Part shown: positions 27,807-37,407 of the stretch, one piece after another
Layout of the letters: each line of letters opens with the position of its first letter
How positions within the stretch are numbered: position 1 is the first letter of the stretch
Assembly (NCBI GenBank): GCA_035063585.1
Contig: JAPSGB010000022.1
Coordinates: forward strand, 17,071 to 81,070
Reading direction: 5' to 3'
Length of the DNA: 64,000 bases
From: Polyangiaceae bacterium
Lineage (GTDB): Bacteria; Myxococcota_A; Polyangia; Polyangiales; Polyangiaceae
The notes under the pieces: model-generated
The model's database searches: none
The model's input: the letters and a program-made list of their open reading frames with translations, nothing else
Told to the model about the DNA's origin: nothing
Position numbers and translations under genes: made by a program

Positions 27807-29273
27807 TCAAGCGTGGCGGCGCGAGCCGCGAGTCCGCCGGCGCGCCGTGAAGAGCGCGACGCCGGTCAAGGCGATGAGCGAGCCGCCGAGGGGCGCTCCG
27901 TCGTGTGCGACGGCGCGGCAGCCGCAGCCCGCGGGATCGCCCGACAGAGCGGCGAGCCCGTCGCCCGCGTCGTCGAGCGGAGCGCCCGCGTCCTCCTCGT
28001 CCGTCGGGTAGTCGGGCGAATCCTCCTCGACCCCGGTGCCGCGCAGAGTGACCTCGATGAAGCGGTTGTCCGGGTCGTTGGTGATGAGGGTCAGCTTGGT
28101 CTTGAAGGCGCCGAGCTGCTTCGGTGTGAAGCGGACGTCGATCGTCTCGGTGCTCCCCGGATCGATGGTCATCGATGGGCTCAGCAACTTGAAGGCGTCG
28201 GTGGTGGTCGCGTCGATGAAGCCGGTGGCGAGCGCGGTGGCCTCGCCGATGTCCGAGAGCGAGACCGACTTCTTCTTGCCGCCGCCGATGGGGACCGCGC
28301 CGAAATCGATGATGTCATCCGCCAGCGGAGGAATGTCCGGGAGCGGTACGTGCACCGTGAGCGGGTCGAACACGAACGCCTGGTCGCCGAGCGGGACCGT
28401 GATCGGAAAATCGAAGATCGGGAGATCGAGGCGATATCCGAGCGCCTCGACGAAGAAGGACGGGATGAGGTGGAGCGCGCCGTCGTAGTGCACCTTGCCC
28501 TCGGGCCAGACGTCGTATTCTACGAATCCGCCGCCGGCGAACGCGCGCGTCACCTTGCCGCCCTCGGTGGTGATGGGTGTCTCGTTGGCGCCGGCCGGCG
28601 CGATCATCATGCGCTCGGTGGTGTACGTGGCTCGGAGCTCGCCCTTCACGTTGAGCGCGATGCCGCCCTTGCTGATCTGGCTCGGGATCCCGACCAGGCC
28701 GAGCAGGTTCACGTCGAAGAGCTTGAGCGACTGGGTGAACGCGCTCGCGCTCGCGCCGTTCGGGGCGAACGCCCACGGATCGAAGAGCGTGCCGCCCTTC
28801 AGGTGGAAATCCACCTGCGGCACGTAGGGAATGTCCCCCGTCCAGGTGATGTGGATGCCGAGGATCTTGGTGTCGATGCGCGCCTTCGCGCCGACCTCGA
28901 GCCCGTAGTCGAAGCCGAGGAAGGCGTTCCGCCCCGGGAGCACCGAGAGCGTCATGGGGTCGGGCCACTCGGTCACGAACTGCCCGTTCAGCCGCACCGT
29001 CGTGTCCGCGGGCACCTTCACGTAGAAGCGGACCTGGAGATCGCTCCCGCTCGGGATCCAGTCGGTGTCCCAGTCGAAGGCGACGGGAAGCTGGATGGTC
29101 TTCTCGTACGCGATGGGAGCGAGCGTGCAGCGGAGCTCCGGATCCGCGCAGTAGTCGGCGATGATCGCGCCGGGCGTCACGGTCGGCCCGCCGTCGGCGC
29201 CGGCGTCCTGCGCGAGCGCGGACGGAGCCGCCGCGAACGTCGCCGCCAACAGGCCCCACCCGAGAAGTTTCAT
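27807..29273 (-). CDS. MYXO-CTERM surface protein with an ASH domain, paralogue of 26231-27781
   Basis: Signal peptide, IDFGAV..VRFTP..TNDPD, GCGCR + TM + Arg tail. Shares DT.W.P and F.PW.F motifs with its neighbour. Confidence 0.85.
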   Translation of the reverse strand: MKLLGWGLLAATFAAAPSALAQDAGADGGPTVTPGAIIADYCADPELRCTLAPIAYEKTIQLPVAFDWDTDWIPSGSDLQVRFYVKVPADTTVRLNGQFVTEWPDPMTLSVLPGRNAFLGFDYGLEVGAKARIDTKILGIHITWTGDIPYVPQVDFHLKGGTLFDPWAFAPNGASASAFTQSLKLFDVNLLGLVGIPSQISKGGIALNVKGELRATYTTERMMIAPAGANETPITTEGGKVTRAFAGGGFVEYDVWPEGKVHYDGALHLIPSFFVEALGYRLDLPIFDFPITVPLGDQAFVFDPLTVHVPLPDIPPLADDIIDFGAVPIGGGKKKSVSLSDIGEATALATGFIDATTTDAFKLLSPSMTIDPGSTETIDVRFTPKQLGAFKTKLTLITNDPDNRFIEVTLRGTGVEEDSPDYPTDEEDAGAPLDDAGDGLAALSGDPAGCGCRAVAHDGAPLGGSLIALTGVALFTARRRTRGSRRHA

Positions 29274-29397
29274 CGGCGTCGACACCTCATGCCACCAAGC
29301 CCTCGGGAAAGTAGCACACCTCGGGCAGGTTAGGCAGCGAGCGAGCGCGCGGCGTCGCTCCGGCGCGCGCGTCGCGCTAAGCTCGCGCAAGAACCGC

Positions 29398-30423
29398 ATG
29401 CGCTCCCCGCGCGGGCTCGGCCCGCTCACGCTGTCCCTGCTCTCCGTGCTGGTCGGGTGCGGCGGCACCGACGACTCGGCCGGCCGGCGCACCTTCGCGT
29501 ACCCCCGCGACGACGAGCTCCGGTTGAACCAGCTCCAGCTCGTAGCGACCCACAACAGCTATCACGTCGCGCCCGAGGGGATTACGAACCCGGCGTGGGC
29601 CTACACGCACGCACCTCTCGACGCCCAGCTCTCCGCCGACGGAGTGCGCGGGGTCGAGCTCGACATTCACTACGACGCGGAGCAGCGGCGCTTCGAGGTC
29701 TACCACCTGGCGATGCTCGACGAGGGCACGCGCTGCCGTCTCTTCATCGACTGCCTCCGGGTGCTCCGGCGCTGGTCCGACGCGCACCCGGCGCACCACA
29801 CGCTCTTCGTGCATCTCGAGCCGAAGAGCTTCCCGCCGCCCGAGGCTCCGGAGCCGTGGTTCGACGCGCTGGAGGGCGAGATCACCGCGGTGTGGCCGCG
29901 GGGCCGGCTCGTGACCCCGGATGACGTGCGCGGCGACGCCGCGACTCTGCGCGACGCGGTGCGCGAGCGAGGCTGGCCGACGCTCGGCGAGACGCGCGGC
30001 AAGCTCCTCTTTTACGTGGATAACGACACGGCGTTCCGCGACGCCTACACCCGCGGCGGCGAGGACGTGCGCGGTCGCCTCCTGTTCAGCGACTCCTCGC
30101 CGTCCGATCCGTTCGCCGCGATCCGTATCCTGAACGATCCGACGGGGGACGCGCAGCAGATCGCGGACGCGGTCGACCAGAACCTCATCGTCCGCACGCG
30201 CATCGACAGCGAGGGCTCGCCGCTTCCCGCCGGCGACGCCGCGACGGTCGAGCGCGTGACGTCGACCGGAGCGCAGCTCGTGACCACGGATTTCCCCTCC
30301 GCGGACGACGGCGGGAACGGCTACGTCTTTGCGCTGCCCGGCGGCACGCCGTCGCGCTGCAATCCGCGCACGGCGCCGGCGGACTGCCGCTCCGAGGACA
30401 TCGAGGACCCCGCTCAGCTCTGA
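29398..30423 (+). CDS. Ca-dependent phosphoinositide phospholipase C-like lipoprotein
   Basis: Lipobox LVGC; LRLNQLQ..ATHNSYH, GVRGVELDIH, WSDAHPAH, WPTLG..RGK and GAQLVTTDFP motifs. Confidence 0.85.
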   Translation: MRSPRGLGPLTLSLLSVLVGCGGTDDSAGRRTFAYPRDDELRLNQLQLVATHNSYHVAPEGITNPAWAYTHAPLDAQLSADGVRGVELDIHYDAEQRRFEVYHLAMLDEGTRCRLFIDCLRVLRRWSDAHPAHHTLFVHLEPKSFPPPEAPEPWFDALEGEITAVWPRGRLVTPDDVRGDAATLRDAVRERGWPTLGETRGKLLFYVDNDTAFRDAYTRGGEDVRGRLLFSDSSPSDPFAAIRILNDPTGDAQQIADAVDQNLIVRTRIDSEGSPLPAGDAATVERVTSTGAQLVTTDFPSADDGGNGYVFALPGGTPSRCNPRTAPADCRSEDIEDPAQL

Positions 30424-30440
30424 TTCCGCGCCGGACCGAC
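30424..30440 (+). repeat. REP-like repeat partial copy (type A)
   Basis: TTCCGCGCCGGACCGAC immediately after the PLC stop codon. Confidence 0.6.
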
Positions 30441-30469
30441 CCCCGAGGCCCTCCGGCCCGGACCGAGGC

Positions 30470-32746
30470 TCAGCGCGGCGGAGCCTCGAGCGCGCGACGG
30501 TACCGCTCGCGCCGTGGCGGGTCGCGCAGGATGTCGTAGGCCTCGTCGAGGATCTCGCGGATGGTGTCGACCTGCTCGCGGAGGTCGGCGGTCTTCGCGG
30601 TGAGGATGCGGCTCGGCTCGAACGCGCGGCGGAGCTCGAGGTAGGCGCGCTTGATGTCGTAGCTGGTCGCGCCGCGCGCGACGCCGAGGATCGCGAAGTA
30701 GTCGCCCTCGTCGACCAGCGCGCCGCGGGCCGCGATGCGCGCGCGGAGCGCCTCCTCGTCGAGCTCGTCGAACGGCGCGCGCTCGCCGGTCGCCTCGCGC
30801 TCGTCGCCGGCGGGCTCGAGCGCGGAGAGCACGCCGAGCTCGGTGAGCGCGTAGAGCACCGTCGCGAAATCGGCGGAGGGCGCGCGCTCGATCAGCTCGC
30901 GCACGGTCGCGCCGTGCGAGCGGCTCGCGAGCGTCGCCTCGACGTCCGGGAGCGCCGTCTCGGGCAGCAGCGCAGCGGCTGGGCCGGCGTCGATGCGCGC
31001 GCGCTCGCCGCCGAGGCGACGGAGCGCGTCGCCGGGCGGCACCGCGCGGCGCACCACCTCGAGCAGCACCTCCGCGCCGGTCGCGCCGCCGAACACGGCG
31101 GGCTCGGCCTGGAGGCGCGCCGGGACGTCCGTTTCGGTGCTCGCGGCGCCGCGCGTCATGCCGATGACGCGGGCGAGCAGCCACTCGGCGTGCCCGCGCA
31201 GCACCGGCCAGAGCTCGTCTTGCTGCAGGTGGCCGTGCGCGATGAGGGCCGCGCCGGCGTGCCGCCCGAACTGCGCGATCTTGCGCCCGAGCTGGCTCGC
31301 GACCTCAGGGGTAATGGCGCCTCGCTCGCGGAGGAAGGCGACCAGTGACTCGTCTTCGAGTCCGGACGCGACCGTGACGAAGTCTCCGTCGCGCATCACC
31401 GCGCGGCGGATCCCCGACTCGTCTTCGAGCACCAGCGCGCCCGTGTAGCGCGCGCGCACCACGCGAGCGAGCGCGCGCAGGGCGTCGCCGGCAGCGAGCG
31501 CCGACGGGATCTCGAGCGGGGCGCGCGGCGCCTCACGCGGTGTTGGCCGCGGAGGCGCGGTCACCCGCTCCGCGAGCCCCACCGCGCTCGGCTGCGTCGC
31601 GCGAGGCACGGGCGCCGCGACGGGAGGTCGCGTGGAGGCCTCGGCGGCTGGGGCAGGTGCGGGCGCGACGGAGGGGGGCGCGTCCGCCATGGTGCCGCCC
31701 GCGTGACTCGCGCTCGGCGGCGCCCACGATGGCGGCCTCGGCGGGCGCGCCGGAACCGCCGGGGGCGTGACCGGGGGCTCGGTCATCGGCTGCGCGGGCG
31801 GCTCGACCGCGACGAGGTCGGAGCCGCCGTGCGTGCCGGGCTCGACTACCGAGCCGGGCTCGCTGTCGTCGTCGTCGTCTTCGTCGCTGGACAGCGGCTC
31901 GTCGAGCGCGGCGAGCACGTCGGCGGGCAGCACCGCCTCGACCTCGTCGGCCGGCGCAAGACGCTCCGGCGCCGACGGTGACGCGAGCGGGAGGGCCGAG
32001 CCCGACGCCACGCGCTGCTCGGCGCGGGCGAGCAGTCGCTCGAGGTCGGGGCTCATGCTCGACTGCGGGATCGAGCGGACCAGCCGCGCGCGCGGTGCGT
32101 CCGGTTCCATGCCGAAGCCGAGCGGGACCGCCGGGGGGAGGCCCGAGCGTACCGAGTCCGGTGCCTCCGACGGGGGCGCGCTCAAGAGCGCGTGGTCCAT
32201 GGACGCGCGGCTCGGCGGCGGCGACGAGAGCCGCCGCGGCGGGTTGCTCGAGGCGGCCCGCTGCGACCCGCTCGCGGGCTGTAGGAACGACGGCCGGAGC
32301 GAGGGCGTCGACGAGACCCCGCGCCCGAGCGTGCGCCCCGGAATAGACGGGCTGCCGATGAGCGCCTCGACTTTTCGCAGGAGCGCGTAGGTGTCGACGG
32401 GCCGCACGAAGAACCCGCTGCCCTCATGGAACACCGCGTCCGCGCGATCCTCGAGCACGCCGCCTGGCTGCCCGATGAAGATGAGGTCGACGCCGCTCGC
32501 GCCGGGCACCTCGCGGAGGCTGCCCACCACGCCGAGCGCATCGGGCGCGTCGACGTCGCACAGGATGAGCGATGGACGCTGGACCGTCACGCGGCTCGCG
32601 AGCAGCGAGAGCGGCACGTCGACCACGACGTAGCCGCGCGCTCGCAGCGCGGTCGTGAGGCGCTCGGCCTCCGCCGAGGCGTCGCTCACGAAGATGAGTG
32701 GCTCGGAGGAAGCTGGCGCACCGCTTCCGGGGGACTCCGACAGCAC
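30470..32746 (-). CDS. Receiver-like / Pro-rich / DUF4388-like / J-like multidomain protein
   Basis: N-terminal receiver-like fold (LILCDVD, FFVRPVD), long Pro/Ser linker, YTGALVLE..RDG DUF4388-like region, C-terminal DYFAILGV...EAYDILRDP.RRERY J-like domain. GTG start 32746 inferred. Confidence 0.82.
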   Translation of the reverse strand: MLSESPGSGAPASSEPLIFVSDASAEAERLTTALRARGYVVVDVPLSLLASRVTVQRPSLILCDVDAPDALGVVGSLREVPGASGVDLIFIGQPGGVLEDRADAVFHEGSGFFVRPVDTYALLRKVEALIGSPSIPGRTLGRGVSSTPSLRPSFLQPASGSQRAASSNPPRRLSSPPPSRASMDHALLSAPPSEAPDSVRSGLPPAVPLGFGMEPDAPRARLVRSIPQSSMSPDLERLLARAEQRVASGSALPLASPSAPERLAPADEVEAVLPADVLAALDEPLSSDEDDDDDSEPGSVVEPGTHGGSDLVAVEPPAQPMTEPPVTPPAVPARPPRPPSWAPPSASHAGGTMADAPPSVAPAPAPAAEASTRPPVAAPVPRATQPSAVGLAERVTAPPRPTPREAPRAPLEIPSALAAGDALRALARVVRARYTGALVLEDESGIRRAVMRDGDFVTVASGLEDESLVAFLRERGAITPEVASQLGRKIAQFGRHAGAALIAHGHLQQDELWPVLRGHAEWLLARVIGMTRGAASTETDVPARLQAEPAVFGGATGAEVLLEVVRRAVPPGDALRRLGGERARIDAGPAAALLPETALPDVEATLASRSHGATVRELIERAPSADFATVLYALTELGVLSALEPAGDEREATGERAPFDELDEEALRARIAARGALVDEGDYFAILGVARGATSYDIKRAYLELRRAFEPSRILTAKTADLREQVDTIREILDEAYDILRDPPRRERYRRALEAPPR

Positions 32747-32805
32747 GGGGTCGCAGCTTAGCCTGGCCCGGCCGCGCGACCCAAGCTCCCGCCGATTCCG
32801 GGGCC

Positions 32806-32946
32806 CTACTTTGGCGGAGGGGCCTTCTTGCCGGCGAGCGCGGCGGCGATGGCCGCCCCGGCGCGCGGCCACCACGGGGCTGACACGACCGCCACCGTGA
32901 TGAAGACCACCATGAAGATTTCGCCCTGGCCGGGAGCGAGCGTCAC
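32806..32946 (-). CDS. 46-aa TatA-like single-pass membrane protein
   Basis: GGGGGAG RBS then GTG. VTLAPGQGEIFMVVFITVAVVSAPWWPRAGAAIAAALAGKK matches the TatA layout (G-E-I-TM, hinge, P..G amphipathic helix). Confidence 0.5.
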   Translation of the reverse strand: MTLAPGQGEIFMVVFITVAVVSAPWWPRAGAAIAAALAGKKAPPPK

Positions 32947-33016
32947 GGCTCCCCCATAGCACTTTCGAGCCCCGGCCGCGCGCGCCCAGGCTACCCTCGG
33001 CCTCCGAGGCGAGCTC

Positions 33017-33514
33017 ATGGACACCGTGATCGGCCTCGGAGCGAACCAGGGCGACCGCGCGGGGACGCTCCGGCGCGCCGCCCGCGAGGTCGCGAAGCTC
33101 GGTGCGCTCACCGCCGCGTCGAGCCTGTACGAGACGGCGCCGATCGGGCCGCCCCAGCCGGATTTCCTGAACGCCGCCATCCGCCTCGCGACGTCGCTCG
33201 AGCCGGAGCGGCTCCTCTCCGCGCTCCTCGACATCGAGCGCACGCTCGGCCGCGTTCGCCGCGAGCGCTGGGGCCCGCGCGTCATCGATCTCGACGTGCT
33301 CTGGGCCGAGGTCGGCGCGTACCGCGCGCCCGGTCTCGAGCTCCCGCACCCTCGGCTCACCGAGCGCGCCTTCGCGCTCGTCCCGCTCCTCGAGGTCGGC
33401 CCGGAGCTCACCGAGCCGCGCTCCGGCGCTCGCTACGCGGAGCTCGCCGCGCGCCTCCCGGTCGCCGGGCTTCGGCGGGTCGTTGGAACCGAGGCGGGGG
33501 CCTGGATGGCCTGA
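33017..33514 (+). CDS. folK: 2-amino-4-hydroxy-6-hydroxymethyldihydropteridine diphosphokinase
   Basis: IGLGANQG, YETAP, QPDFLNA, RWGPRVIDLDVL and LPHPRLTERAF motifs. Confidence 0.95.
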   Translation: MDTVIGLGANQGDRAGTLRRAAREVAKLGALTAASSLYETAPIGPPQPDFLNAAIRLATSLEPERLLSALLDIERTLGRVRRERWGPRVIDLDVLWAEVGAYRAPGLELPHPRLTERAFALVPLLEVGPELTEPRSGARYAELAARLPVAGLRRVVGTEAGAWMA

Positions 33515-33673
33515 GGGTCGCCGGTGATCCTCGACGTGCGGAGCATGCCTCGCGGGGGATACCGAGCCTCCGGGGCGCGGCGGAGCTCGACCACGTCGCA
33601 TGACGGAGCGTGCGCCGAGGCGCGTCCCCGCCTCGGCGCCGTCGAGCGCGGACATCGTCCGGCGTGGGTCCGG

Positions 33674-35956
33674 CTACATGCCGGCGGCGGCCGCGCCGAC
33701 GTGCGCGCCAAACGTGCTGTCCTGCGCCGTCGGGGCGTTGATGGTCTGTGACTTCGCGCCGCTGAGCCCACCGGCGGCGCCGTACAAGAGCACGGCCTGC
33801 TTCATCCCACTGAAGGGATCGTAGAGTCCGGCGAGCACGTCCTGAAATCCGTCCCCGTCCACGTCGCCTGCCCCGACGAGGCCGTAGGTGAATGGCGTCA
33901 CGGGCGCGAGAGGCGGCACCGACCCCGATGGGGTGCTCGCGAGGCCCGTCGCGCCTCCCGCGTAGTAGTCGAGCGGCTGAGGCGCGGCCCCGTCGTTCCC
34001 CCACGACGCCGCGTCGGCGAAGCCATCGCCATTCACATCCGAGGTCGCGCAGACCGGGGAGCTGATGGTCCGGGCAAAGCCCATGGTCGTCGTCGGCGTG
34101 GTCGCGATTCCCGCCGCGCTGCCCGCGTAGACGAAGATGAGCTTCTCCCCGGCATTGCCGCCAGACGCGCTGTACGCGAGCAGGTCGGTGTATCCATCCC
34201 CGTTCACGTCGGCTCCGACCACCGACTGCCCGGTTCTGAAGTTTCCAGCGAGCGATAGCTTGATGGGAGTCGTGACGATGCCCTGGGCGCTGCCCATGTA
34301 GACGGCGGTCTCCATCCCTGTGGCGGCCGACCCGACAGCGATGTCGGCGTAGCCGTCGCCGTTGACGTCGCCGATCCCGGCCGTCTTCATCACCGTCTGC
34401 GCCCAGCTCGCCGGGAAGCCGCCGGCGAGCACGACCGGCTTGGGATCGAGCCCACTCGACGTCCCGTAATAGAGGTACGTCTTGGCGACGTTTCCGGTAC
34501 CGACGAGGACGTCGGCGTACCCGTCACCGTTGACGTCACCCGCCGCCGCGGTCGCGCCGCCGAAGAAGCTGCAGGCGGTGCCGCAGCACGAGGCGTTCGG
34601 GTCGGGGCCCTCGAGCGTGACGGCAGCGGTGGACGCCAGCCCGGAGGGACCTCCGAGGTAGAGGTAGGCTTGATCGGTCGTGTACCCTTGACTCGCGCCG
34701 GAACACATCCCGTACGAGCCCCAGGTGCCCACGATGGCGTCGGCGTACCCATCGCCGTTGACATCGCCCGCGCCCGAGAGCGCCCAGCCGAACCCGGACG
34801 CCTTGCTCGACGGAGGAGTCAGGGTGCTGGCCGGGCTGGTCGCGATGCCGCCCGAGCCGCCGCGATAGTAATAGACGTGACCGCTCCCGAGCGTGCTCTG
34901 ACCATGCGCGGCGACCATGACGTCAGCGTACCCGTCACCGTCCGCGTCGAGCTGAGTGCCCCACGAGCTGTCGACGGTGGAGTTTCTCGGCCCGACAGTG
35001 AACTGCCACGTCGCGCTGGGCTGGCAACCGGCTCCATCCGCGGCCAGCCGCTCGAGCCTCCAGTAGACGACGCCGGGGCTCAGATCCTTCGTCAGCTTGA
35101 CACTCGAGCCGACCGCGTCGAGCTGAGTGATCGTCGACGTGCAGGCGCGATCGCGACAGACCGTGACGCGGGCTCCGGTCGCTCCGGGCGGGAGCGCCCA
35201 GCGGAGCGTCGGCTTCCAGCTCGTCACGCGCCCGGTGGAGGTGGGGGCCAGGGGGCGCGGCGGGGGTCTTGCGGTGTCGCACGGCCCGGCGTCGGGGATG
35301 TCGGCGTCGGGGACGCCGGTCTCGGGCGCGTCGGTGCCCCCGTCGGTGCCGCCGTCGACGGAGCACCCCTCGTCGATCTTGCCGTCGCAGTCGTTGTCGA
35401 GGGCATCACCGCACGTCTCCTCCGTCGGCCCCACCGCGCCGCTGCAGGTTGCCCAGGTGCCATCCGAGCCGCACTCCTGCGAGCCGGCCTTGCACTGGCC
35501 CACACCTGCGAGGTCCGTCATGCACGCGCGTGATTCGCCGGCCGTGCACGAACACCCTTCGTCGACTGCCCCGTCACAGTCGTCGTCGATTTCGTTGCAA
35601 AGCTCCGTGGTGGGCAGCACGTCTCCTTCGCACACGCTCCCCCACGCTCCGAACTCCCCGCTTTGGCTGCACCAGATCGTGCCGTCCGAGCACGCGCCGA
35701 CACGACGCGCCGCCGGAGGTCCGCGAAAGCACGCTTCACTCGTGCCGGGTAGACAGACGCAGCCCTCGTCCACCACCCCGTTGCCGTTCAGGTCGAGCCC
35801 CTCGCCGCACGTTCCGTCCGGCCCTGGCCGGAAGCCCGAGCCCCCTCCGCCTCTATTATCGCCGACGTTGCTGGAGTCGGCGCAGGCCGCGGCGATGCCT
35901 AGCCCCGTCAAGAGCGCGGTCATGCCGAGGAGATGTGCGGTCGGATTCGATGCCAT
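33674..35956 (-). CDS. Lipoprotein with Cys-rich DNDCDG.VDEG repeats and FG-GAP repeats
   Basis: Lipobox AAAC, E.C...D.DCDG.(V/I)DEGC repeats, many GDVNGDGYAD motifs. Confidence 0.9.
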   Translation of the reverse strand: MASNPTAHLLGMTALLTGLGIAAACADSSNVGDNRGGGGSGFRPGPDGTCGEGLDLNGNGVVDEGCVCLPGTSEACFRGPPAARRVGACSDGTIWCSQSGEFGAWGSVCEGDVLPTTELCNEIDDDCDGAVDEGCSCTAGESRACMTDLAGVGQCKAGSQECGSDGTWATCSGAVGPTEETCGDALDNDCDGKIDEGCSVDGGTDGGTDAPETGVPDADIPDAGPCDTARPPPRPLAPTSTGRVTSWKPTLRWALPPGATGARVTVCRDRACTSTITQLDAVGSSVKLTKDLSPGVVYWRLERLAADGAGCQPSATWQFTVGPRNSTVDSSWGTQLDADGDGYADVMVAAHGQSTLGSGHVYYYRGGSGGIATSPASTLTPPSSKASGFGWALSGAGDVNGDGYADAIVGTWGSYGMCSGASQGYTTDQAYLYLGGPSGLASTAAVTLEGPDPNASCCGTACSFFGGATAAAGDVNGDGYADVLVGTGNVAKTYLYYGTSSGLDPKPVVLAGGFPASWAQTVMKTAGIGDVNGDGYADIAVGSAATGMETAVYMGSAQGIVTTPIKLSLAGNFRTGQSVVGADVNGDGYTDLLAYSASGGNAGEKLIFVYAGSAAGIATTPTTTMGFARTISSPVCATSDVNGDGFADAASWGNDGAAPQPLDYYAGGATGLASTPSGSVPPLAPVTPFTYGLVGAGDVDGDGFQDVLAGLYDPFSGMKQAVLLYGAAGGLSGAKSQTINAPTAQDSTFGAHVGAAAAGM

Positions 35957-36070
35957 GGGTTCTTCAGGGCCTTTCTGGACTTGGCGTGTTCGACGCCTCC
36001 TCCGGCCAGCTATGACGTGGAGCCGCTGTCTTTCTGAAATCGCGCGAACGAATTCGTGACGGCCGGGCTC

Positions 36071-36832
36071 TCAGTCCGCCCCTCCGCTGTCCCCGATCAA
36101 CACCTTGAGCTTGTTGCGGTGCGCGGTGTCGGGGTTCGTCTGGAGAAGCTGCTCGGAGGCCTCGGCCGCTTCGCGGTCCCGGCCGGTCCGCTTGAGGGCC
36201 TCCACCATGAGCACCTCGCGCTCCTGCACGAGCATCCCGTTCGGATATCGGCGAGCGTGCTCTTCGCAGAGCATCAACGCCTTTTTCGGATTGGTGTGTA
36301 CGAGCATCTGCGCGCGACCGATGAGCTGCGTCTCGGAAGGACCGCTGTCACCGCCCTCGGCGGTGCTCGGCGCGCCAGTCACCACGGGCCTCGCTGACTG
36401 CGTGGTGGCGACGGCCGGCGAGCCGGCCTTCGGTGCGCCGCGCGTCTCCACGGGCACGCTATCGCTAGGCTCGGGCATCGAGGCGGGCGAGGCCGACACA
36501 GCCGCGGGGCCCGTCCCCGTCGGTGGATTGCTCGAGGAGCGATGCGCCGCGACATACCATCCGACACCGGCGAGGCTCGCGCCGGCGACCACCACTCCGA
36601 TGGCCCTGCCGAGCGCCGACCCCGAAGCGCGGCCTGCCGAACGGAGCGGCTCGAGGCCTTCGCCGCTCTTGGCATGGCCGGCTGGACTGGGCGACCCGCC
36701 GCCGCCCAGGCTGGCTCGCAGCCGAACCAGGGCGTCTTCGCTCGGGCCTCGCGCGCGGAGGTCCGACGCTGCCTGCCGCGCCGCTGCAGGGAGGCTGGGT
36801 TCGATGGGAGACGGGCTGGAATCATGCTTCAT
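36071..36832 (-). CDS. Putative anti-sigma factor (TM + Pro/Ser linker + C-terminal TPR-like helices)
   Basis: Overlaps the ECF gene. One TM helix. C-terminal E..LI.RA...AL..H.RRYPNG.L..ERE pattern. Confidence 0.78.
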   Translation of the reverse strand: MKHDSSPSPIEPSLPAAARQAASDLRARGPSEDALVRLRASLGGGGSPSPAGHAKSGEGLEPLRSAGRASGSALGRAIGVVVAGASLAGVGWYVAAHRSSSNPPTGTGPAAVSASPASMPEPSDSVPVETRGAPKAGSPAVATTQSARPVVTGAPSTAEGGDSGPSETQLIGRAQMLVHTNPKKALMLCEEHARRYPNGMLVQEREVLMVEALKRTGRDREAAEASEQLLQTNPDTAHRNKLKVLIGDSGGAD

Positions 36833-37367
36833 CTCGAACCTCCTCGGGCTCTGCGTCCGCGAACGCTGCCGCTACCTTGCCTTTGGCCACCTTGACTCGG
36901 CTGTACGCGGTCTGCAGCGGGCATTCCATCGCGTCGGCGACCTCTTGCAAGGACAGCTGCTCGACCTCGCGCAGCACGAAGGCGAGCCGTTGATCTTCGT
37001 GCATCGCCTCCAAGACCGCCTGCAGACGCGCGAGATTTTCTCGCCGCTCCAAGGTGATGTGCTGGTCGGGGGGCGTCTCGACGGTGGGGAGCTCGCCGGT
37101 GAGCTGCTCCCGCCGGGTGTGCGCCTTGCGGCGCGACGCGGCGGCGACGCGCCGAGCGATGCCGTAGAGCCACGACCTCATCGGGGTCGCCGCGGTGATC
37201 TGCGGCAGCTTGCGCGCAACGACGACGAACACCTCTTGGGTGGCGTCTTCGACGTCGGCTCCGCGTAGGCCATGGTGCTCGAGCACCCGCCAGACGAACG
37301 ACACATGCTGCTCGAACAACTCCTCGACGCGAGGCGCTGCGTTCGCGGGGGAGTGCATACGCTTCAT
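36822..37367 (-). CDS. ECF RNA polymerase sigma factor
   Basis: Region 2 DVEDATQEVF..SWLYGIARR; region 4 QRLAFVLREVEQLS..EVA..CP..TAYSR. Confidence 0.93.
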   Translation of the reverse strand: MKRMHSPANAAPRVEELFEQHVSFVWRVLEHHGLRGADVEDATQEVFVVVARKLPQITAATPMRSWLYGIARRVAAASRRKAHTRREQLTGELPTVETPPDQHITLERRENLARLQAVLEAMHEDQRLAFVLREVEQLSLQEVADAMECPLQTAYSRVKVAKGKVAAAFADAEPEEVRDEA

Positions 37368-37407
37368 AAAGAAATGCTCGGTGCCCCGAAGTTTTCTGAT
37401 CTGCGCC

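Noticed and set aside
32747..33655. Extension making the J-like protein 1061 aa
   Set aside because: Runs antisense through folK and has Arg-rich non-coding-like composition.
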